IMG/VR virus record: IMGVR_UViG_3300021963_000060
Location: 35,523-99,522 of that record
Length of the DNA: 64,000 bases
Origin: a virus
Strand: one strand, 5' to 3'
The position numbers and the translations under genes are program-made. The notes below the pieces were generated by a model. It was not told the origin of the DNA. It did not search any database and saw only the letters and a program-made list of their open reading frames with translations. Below are positions 59,597-64,000 of the stretch, piece by piece (within the stretch, counting starts at the first letter, position 1; every line of letters starts with the position of its first letter).

Positions 59597-59935
59597 CTAG
59601 GCGGCGGTGAACTGATCGTAGTATTCAGACTCCAGGTGATCCGCTTCCATCTCCCTGATGATGTCGCAGGTCAGACCCTCCAGGGATTGGCGGCAGTGAA
59701 CCAGCTCGTGGATCAGGGTCAGGATGTAGTCTTTGCGGGTCAGGTCGCGCTCAATGTCGATCAGGAATTCGTGGTCGGTTTCCTGCTGCTGCCATCCTAC
59801 CACACCCTCAGCAGTCAGGCGGCGGTGGTGAACCGTGACGGTAGCAGCGCCGAGCAGCGGTTCCTGATCGAGCATGAAGCGGTAGACCTGTTGGGCGAGG
59901 CGGGGGCGTTGCTTCTGTCCAGAGGTGAGCAGCAT
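59597..59935 (-). CDS. HExxH zinc-metallopeptidase-like protein
   Basis: LTLIHELVHCRQ plus downstream E.EA motif. Confidence 0.65.
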   Translation of the reverse strand: MLLTSGQKQRPRLAQQVYRFMLDQEPLLGAATVTVHHRRLTAEGVVGWQQQETDHEFLIDIERDLTRKDYILTLIHELVHCRQSLEGLTCDIIREMEADHLESEYYDQFTAA

Positions 59936-59976
59936 GGCGGTGGAGCGGTGGTGTGAACTGAAGCCAGTATAGCAGA

Positions 59977-60171
59977 TCAGTATGCTTCCCAGGCGGCAGC
60001 GGCAAGGTCAGCCGCCATCTTTTCCAGATTCTCCTCGGTGGTCCGGGCGCCGTACCATTCCATTGATTCGGGGTCCAGGCGGTCCAGGTCGCATCCGTAG
60101 GAATCCCAGGCGATCTCCTCAGCGAGGGCGAGGAGGCGATCGTAGAGGGCGAGGACTTGCTGTTCGGTCAT
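59977..60171 (-). CDS. Acidic early hypothetical protein
   Basis: 64-aa ORF behind a cassette. Confidence 0.7.
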   Translation of the reverse strand: MTEQQVLALYDRLLALAEEIAWDSYGCDLDRLDPESMEWYGARTTEENLEKMAADLAAAAWEAY

Positions 60172-60206
60172 TGTTCTATTGATTGAACTGAGATCAGTCT
60201 ACAGGG

Positions 60207-60431
60207 TCAGGCGACCTTCTGGGGTTTGATGCAGTGACGGTTTACCCACCGGCCCAGTGACTGATTGGAGTTCAGGGTAAGGGCGAGGGCAGCGCGGCGG
60301 GAGACCTTGAAAGTGTAGGGTTGGCGGGTGTAGTAGCGTTCGAAGCGTACCGCCACCTGACCAGTGATAGGGTTGACCGTGAGGGTTTCGATTGCGTCGC
60401 TGTTGTAGGTGGCGATGGGGAGTCCGATCAT
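60207..60431 (-). CDS. KTSC-like small protein
   Basis: SDAI...V.VRF...Y.F.V....L....SLGRWVN pattern. Confidence 0.5.
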   Translation of the reverse strand: MIGLPIATYNSDAIETLTVNPITGQVAVRFERYYTRQPYTFKVSRRAALALTLNSNQSLGRWVNRHCIKPQKVA

Positions 60432-60475
60432 GGGGTGCCTTGCGGTTGAGAGTATTGTAGCAGATCAGGGAGGGG

Positions 60476-60655
60476 TCAGAGCGCCCCGTTCTGATTCAGG
60501 ATGCCGTAGGAGACTTCGAACCCATTGGAGGTGGGGTAGATTCCCAGGTAAGCGCGACCGATGGAGACTGCAAGCATTTCATCTCCAGGGCGTGCTCGGC
60601 GGTCCAAACCAGCGTAGAAGATCGGTTCCAGGAATCGGGGAGTGCGGAGGATCAT
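60476..60655 (-). CDS. 59-aa early protein (not in ORF track)
   Basis: MILRTPRFLEPIFYAGLDRR...GILNQNGAL, behind the cassette at 60678. Confidence 0.65.
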   Translation of the reverse strand: MILRTPRFLEPIFYAGLDRRARPGDEMLAVSIGRAYLGIYPTSNGFEVSYGILNQNGAL

Positions 60656-60722
60656 CGGGGTCGTTTGAACTGAGAGAATTCTACAGGGTCAGGGGAGGAT
60701 CGATCCTCCCCCTATGGACGGT

Positions 60723-60884
60723 TCAGCGACCGTCTGTGTAGTCTCCGATGATGATGCCATTCTGGCGAACCTGAGCGTACCCGTATTCTTCAGAGAGGGA
60801 GAGGCACAGATCCCAGGCGCGATCCTCATCAGTGGTAGTGTTCTCCCAGGGAGCGGAGGGGCAGATCACGTCAAGGCGTTGCAT
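60723..60884 (-). CDS. 53-aa early protein (not in ORF track)
   Basis: MQRLDVICPSAPWENTTTDEDRAWDLCLSLSEEYGYAQVRQNGIIIGDYTDGR, behind the cassette at 60907. Confidence 0.7.
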   Translation of the reverse strand: MQRLDVICPSAPWENTTTDEDRAWDLCLSLSEEYGYAQVRQNGIIIGDYTDGR

Positions 60885-60955
60885 GGTGGTTGTCTGAACT
60901 GAGATCAGTATAAGGGGTCAGGAGGGGGATCCGTGACCCCCCGTGTACCAGTGCC

Positions 60956-61141
60956 TCAGGCGGCCATCAGAGCAGACTCCAGGCAGATCTCCCGCGTGTC
61001 CATCAGGGAGTAATCGTAACCCTCATTCTCCTGCAGCTGCCTCAGGTAAGCGTCAGCAGCAGAGAAGCAATCGAACAGGCGGAGCGACTTGAAATCCTCC
61101 CCCTCATAATCGAATCCACCGATCACAGCGTAGACTTTCAT
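60956..61141 (-). CDS. Early hypothetical protein
   Basis: 61-aa MKVYAVIGGFDYEGE ORF behind a cassette. Confidence 0.7.
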   Translation of the reverse strand: MKVYAVIGGFDYEGEDFKSLRLFDCFSAADAYLRQLQENEGYDYSLMDTREICLESALMAA

Positions 61142-61182
61142 GGGCGGGTCGTTTGAACTGAGATCAGTATAGGGTCAGGCGG

Positions 61183-61338
61183 TCACCAGCGGCCGTCCCA
61201 GTGGTCAGCCGCCCAACCGTCCCGCTGGGCTTGACGGGCATCATAATCTTCAGCCGTCATCAGGTCATCATGCTCCAGGTCCCACCGATCATCGTATTGG
61301 GCAGAAGCTTGAGAGCGGTAGACAGTAGAGCAGGTCAT
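61183..61338 (-). CDS. 51-aa Asp/Trp-rich protein (not in ORF track)
   Basis: MTCSTVYRSQASAQYDDRWDLEHDDLMTAEDYDARQAQRDGWAADHWDGRW. Confidence 0.55.
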   Translation of the reverse strand: MTCSTVYRSQASAQYDDRWDLEHDDLMTAEDYDARQAQRDGWAADHWDGRW

Positions 61339-61358
61339 CGGTTGTTGTTAGTTTGTGA

Positions 61359-61502
61359 TCAGAATTCGATGGTGTTCAGCGTTGGACCATCTGCAGGATC
61401 ATTGTTATCATCCATCCCAGCAGTGATAGTTTCAAGAATCTGGAGAATTTCATCGCCATTGGTGCCTTTCTGCAGGAGGGAGATTGCAAGACTCTTAGAC
61501 AT
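61359..61502 (-). CDS. 47-aa acidic protein (not in ORF track)
   Basis: MSKSLAISLLQKGTNGDEILQILETITAGMDDNNDPADGPTLNTIEF. Confidence 0.6.
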   Translation of the reverse strand: MSKSLAISLLQKGTNGDEILQILETITAGMDDNNDPADGPTLNTIEF

Positions 61503-61567
61503 TGTGAGATTAAAAAATTGAGTAGTGTGTGAGCAGTTTTAGGACTTACTCAGGTCCCGATTGTTAA

Positions 61568-61999
61568 TCAGTAATCAGAGAAGATGTGAACCTGACGGTA
61601 ACCAGCTTCGCAAGCGGTGTAATCGTAGCGGAGGTTAGTCTCCCAGGTTGCTTCCCAATCAACCACAACAAAATCGGGGACAATGTAACCCATTTCGCCA
61701 CAGTATTCTTCAGCAAAATCAGCGGTCGATTCGTAGGTTCCGCGATAACGCTCATCGCAGGAATCAATGTAGGACATGTCGCCCATTTCTTCAATCAGGG
61801 CATCAACTGCCTCATAACCGATTGCTTCACCACAGCGGACATACTCCTCATAATAGTTGCAGAAGTCATCCTCATTGTGCTCATCAATGAACTCAAGCAT
61901 GTCATCCAGAGCGTAGTTATCCTCCAGGCGCTCCTCAATGAATGCAACAGTCTGGGGATCGAGGGTTTCTTTGTAGTTGGCGGTGAGGGTGATCGACAT
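61568..61999 (-). CDS. ArdA-like antirestriction / DNA-mimic protein
   Basis: Very acidic 143 aa; YRGTYESTADFAEEY..VPDFVVVDWEATW...L.YDY resembles the ArdA C-terminal domain. Confidence 0.65.
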   Translation of the reverse strand: MSITLTANYKETLDPQTVAFIEERLEDNYALDDMLEFIDEHNEDDFCNYYEEYVRCGEAIGYEAVDALIEEMGDMSYIDSCDERYRGTYESTADFAEEYCGEMGYIVPDFVVVDWEATWETNLRYDYTACEAGYRQVHIFSDY

Positions 62000-62073
62000 G
62001 GTGGGTTGGGTTCGTTTGAACTGAGATCAGTATAAGGGGTCAGAGGGGGGCGTTGGTGCCCCCAGTGGACAGA

Positions 62074-62274
62074 TCAGCGAGTGGCACCCTTGATCATGCC
62101 TTCTACGAAAGCGGCACCGATCTCAGCCCAGAAGGAAGAATCGGTGACACAATCAGAGATCGCCTTAGTCCAATCCTGAGCGGTGGCCGTAGCGAGGATC
62201 TTACGTTGATCGGGGGTCAGGTCTGCGATCGTCTCATCCCAGGCGGTGAGCAGTTCGGTTTCCAGGTTGGCCAT
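62074..62274 (-). CDS. Early hypothetical protein
   Basis: Probable start MANLETE at 62274; the track start at 62322 lies inside the promoter cassette. Confidence 0.65.
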   Translation of the reverse strand: MANLETELLTAWDETIADLTPDQRKILATATAQDWTKAISDCVTDSSFWAEIGAAFVEGMIKGATR

Positions 62275-62341
62275 CAGTCGGTTGTCTGAACTGAGATCAG
62301 TATAAGGGTCGGGAGGGGGCATCGATGCCCCCAGTGGTCAC

Positions 62342-63094
62342 TCAGTAAACCGTCACAGTAGCGGCGGTCTGCTGCAGGAGTTGTGCTACCTTATCCTGTT
62401 GCAATTTAATTACAACTTGAGAGTTTTTGTTTGCTTTACTGTTGCCCAGGAATGCATTGATTCCGTTGTTGCTTGTGACGCGGATTCTCAAACCACAATC
62501 ATACACATTCCCCTCAGAATCGACAAAGTAAATCATGCGGGAAGATTTGCCGTTGCCCTTGAGAACGGGAGTGAAACCACGTTCGATGTAGGAAACTGCG
62601 GGATGATTGTTAGCGGAGAAGACGTAGATTTCCTGAGATTTCGTGTCGTTAATGACAACATCAAAACCAGAGTTGTTATCAATCAGTCCGATTTGCAGAA
62701 TGTTAATAATTTGATCTTTGCTAAGAGTATCCAACGCCAACTCACAAAGAGCGTTGAAACTGTCGCGGATCTTCAGCACGAACTCTTCATCAGAGCGCAG
62801 CGATTCGGGCATCTGACGCAACTCCCTCATGTTGGAAAGGAAGTGGTCAAAAGTATCACCCAGGACATCATTGTATGCGCTGGTGTTGAACCAATCGAAG
62901 CTGCCGTTGGTGATACCTTCCTTGCGCTTTATGCTGATTTTTTGAGCACCAGCAACGGCGTCTTCTTTGAGTTTAGTCCCACCACGCTTTACTACAGTTT
63001 CACTGTAGATCTTTTTCTCATTCAGGATACGAACAGTTGTATCCTCATTCTTTACGCCTCCGTGGTGAACGGAACCGTCTGTTTTGTAAGTCAT
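62342..63094 (-). CDS. Putative PD-(D/E)xK-fold endonuclease
   Basis: G..NE, GGTKLKED...ISIK pattern resembles type II restriction-enzyme-like active sites. Confidence 0.45.
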   Translation of the reverse strand: MTYKTDGSVHHGGVKNEDTTVRILNEKKIYSETVVKRGGTKLKEDAVAGAQKISIKRKEGITNGSFDWFNTSAYNDVLGDTFDHFLSNMRELRQMPESLRSDEEFVLKIRDSFNALCELALDTLSKDQIINILQIGLIDNNSGFDVVINDTKSQEIYVFSANNHPAVSYIERGFTPVLKGNGKSSRMIYFVDSEGNVYDCGLRIRVTSNNGINAFLGNSKANKNSQVVIKLQQDKVAQLLQQTAATVTVY

Positions 63095-63168
63095 TTGATC
63101 GACAAATTAAAGTGAACGTTTGGAGTCTTTAGGGCGCTGCCGTTCCCTGTGCCCTTAATTATACAGGA

Positions 63169-63312
63169 TCAACGACCCTCCCCGCAGTATTCAGGGGCCG
63201 CTTTGCAAAGTGTCTCAGCACGGCGCTCCTGGTACGAATCCACGGTAGCCATCGCAGCGGTAGCGACGTTGAAACCCAGGATCAGGGTCAGGGCAGTAAA
63301 GGCGAGGCGCAT
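63169..63312 (-). CDS. 47-aa signal-peptide/membrane protein (not in ORF track)
   Basis: MRLAFTALTLILGFNVATAAMATVDSYQERRAETLCKAAPEYCGEGR, behind the cassette at 63334. Confidence 0.6.
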   Translation of the reverse strand: MRLAFTALTLILGFNVATAAMATVDSYQERRAETLCKAAPEYCGEGR

Positions 63313-63388
63313 GGGGTTGTTTGAACTGTGGCCAGTATAGGGGTTAAAAGGGGATTCACGAACCCCCCTTGTGCCACTTGTCAGTCTG

Positions 63389-63601
63389 TCACGCAGGTTC
63401 CGTCACCTCTGTAGGATACACAGGTTCAGTATCTTCTAGCAGTTCAGGGTAGGTTTCACTAACCTCAGTGATTAGTTCATCCTCAGTATAATCATTGAAG
63501 CATTGAACTAGCATGTCGTAAGCATACTGTTCAAGAGTTTTCATGTCCATACTATCCAGGATTTGCTGGGCGTAGGCATCAATCAGGTCTGCTTTGTTCA
63601 T
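63389..63601 (-). CDS. Acidic early hypothetical protein
   Basis: Probable start MNKADLIDAYA at 63601. Confidence 0.7.
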   Translation of the reverse strand: MNKADLIDAYAQQILDSMDMKTLEQYAYDMLVQCFNDYTEDELITEVSETYPELLEDTEPVYPTEVTEPA

Positions 63602-63608
63602 GATAGTT

Positions 63609-63881
63609 TCAGTTAGCGTAGATGGACATTTGCTTACGGTCACGGATTGAATCATCAATCATCTCACCAACCTGTTCATAAATGTAGGAACAACCTCCTA
63701 CATCAGCGAGCACATCTTGAGTGAAAAGAGAAGAAAAATACTTCTCTTGATTGTCTTCACCATCAAACTCAACAACATCGTGTTGAGTGAATACAAACGC
63801 AGCACAGGGAGCGTTCTCACCTTGACTCTCAATCATTGAATTGATTGAATCACGAAGTTCGGCAAGTGTGCGATACATCAA
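63609..63881 (-). CDS. Early hypothetical protein
   Basis: 90-aa ORF. Confidence 0.7.
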   Translation of the reverse strand: MMYRTLAELRDSINSMIESQGENAPCAAFVFTQHDVVEFDGEDNQEKYFSSLFTQDVLADVGGCSYIYEQVGEMIDDSIRDRKQMSIYAN

Positions 63882-64000
63882 TCGTCTCCAAAGTTGTTGG
63901 TGAGGAAGTCTTCAAGTTCAATGAGTTTGCTATCACTCAAAGAGCACACATACTCATTGATGATAGTAGCGAGAAGGTCAGGATCTTGCCTGCACTTCTC
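63878..64000 (-). CDS. Hypothetical protein, 3' part (enters from outside window)
   Basis: Open frame EKCRQDPDLLATIINEYVCSLSDSKLIELEDFLTNNFGDD* with stop overlapping the next start. Confidence 0.55.
   Translation of the reverse strand, partial: EKCRQDPDLLATIINEYVCSLSDSKLIELEDFLTNNFGDD

Larger units (their letters stand above)
59011..63380 (-). repeat. Dispersed promoter/stem-loop repeat family (~12 copies), one ahead of most small ORFs
   Basis: Minus-strand -10 boxes at 59024, 59278, 59575, 59966, 60196, 60454, 60678, 60907, 61166, 62029, 62299 and 63334, followed by (GATCT/GGCTC)CAGTTCA or GGCCAAGTCAA and often preceded by G/C inverted repeats. Confidence 0.85.

Noticed and set aside
58960-62340. 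Host HIP1 (GCGATCGC) repeats indicating a cyanobacterial chromosomal insert
   Set aside because: Only CGATCG cores were seen, not the full octamer, and gene content is phage-like
63122-63148. Fluoride riboswitch
   Set aside because: Superficial resemblance (stem, TAAA, GACTCC), but it lacks the GATGGAGT core and the additional stem
58796-63340. Plus-strand ORFs in the GC-rich region (e.g. 58978-59610, 61586-62035, 62381-63115)
   Set aside because: Antisense to promoter-backed minus-strand genes and crossing the cassettes; high GC lowers stop-codon frequency
59011-63380. CRISPR array
   Set aside because: Repeats are degenerate, spacing is irregular (roughly 230-1000 bp), intervening DNA is coding, and no cas genes are present
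1-64000. tRNA/rRNA genes
   Set aside because: No cloverleaf or T-loop signatures recognised in the intergenic spaces; tRNAscan-SE would confirm

Overview
This window is part of a T4-like cyanomyovirus genome, most likely from a freshwater picocyanobacterial host (inference from gene content and composition). All credible genes are on the minus strand. Bases 1-56.2 kb are the AT-rich late/structural module: g55 (partial), uvsW, uvsY, g3, g23, g22, g21, g20, g19, g18, g17, then g16, g15, g14, g13, a 2564-aa VrlC/DUF4815-like virion protein, g8, a 4141-aa g7, g6 and g25, with T4-type late promoters (TATAAATA/NATAAATA). Between g16 and g17 lies a ~12-kb island. It encodes two RCC1 beta-propellers, a TPR-GT9 glycosyltransferase, several other GT-like proteins, a GT2-methyltransferase fusion, a sulfotransferase, a 2OG-Fe(II) oxygenase and a Cys-cluster protein, and looks like a virion or glycan modification pathway. 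After an AT-rich non-coding boundary at ~58.55-58.8 kb, GC content rises sharply. The sequence becomes an array of tiny early ORFs (ArdA-like, KTSC-like, HExxH, a nuclease-like protein), most preceded by a conserved cassette of GC hairpin + TATACT -10 box + CAGTTCA leader, in GATC-enriched DNA. Other notable signals are a Tyr/Gly/Trp low-complexity tract in the 2564-aa protein, an unannotated NblA-like ORF, and small H-type pseudoknots, one with riboswitch-like Shine-Dalgarno sequestration. All family assignments come from motif recognition by eye; no searches were run.
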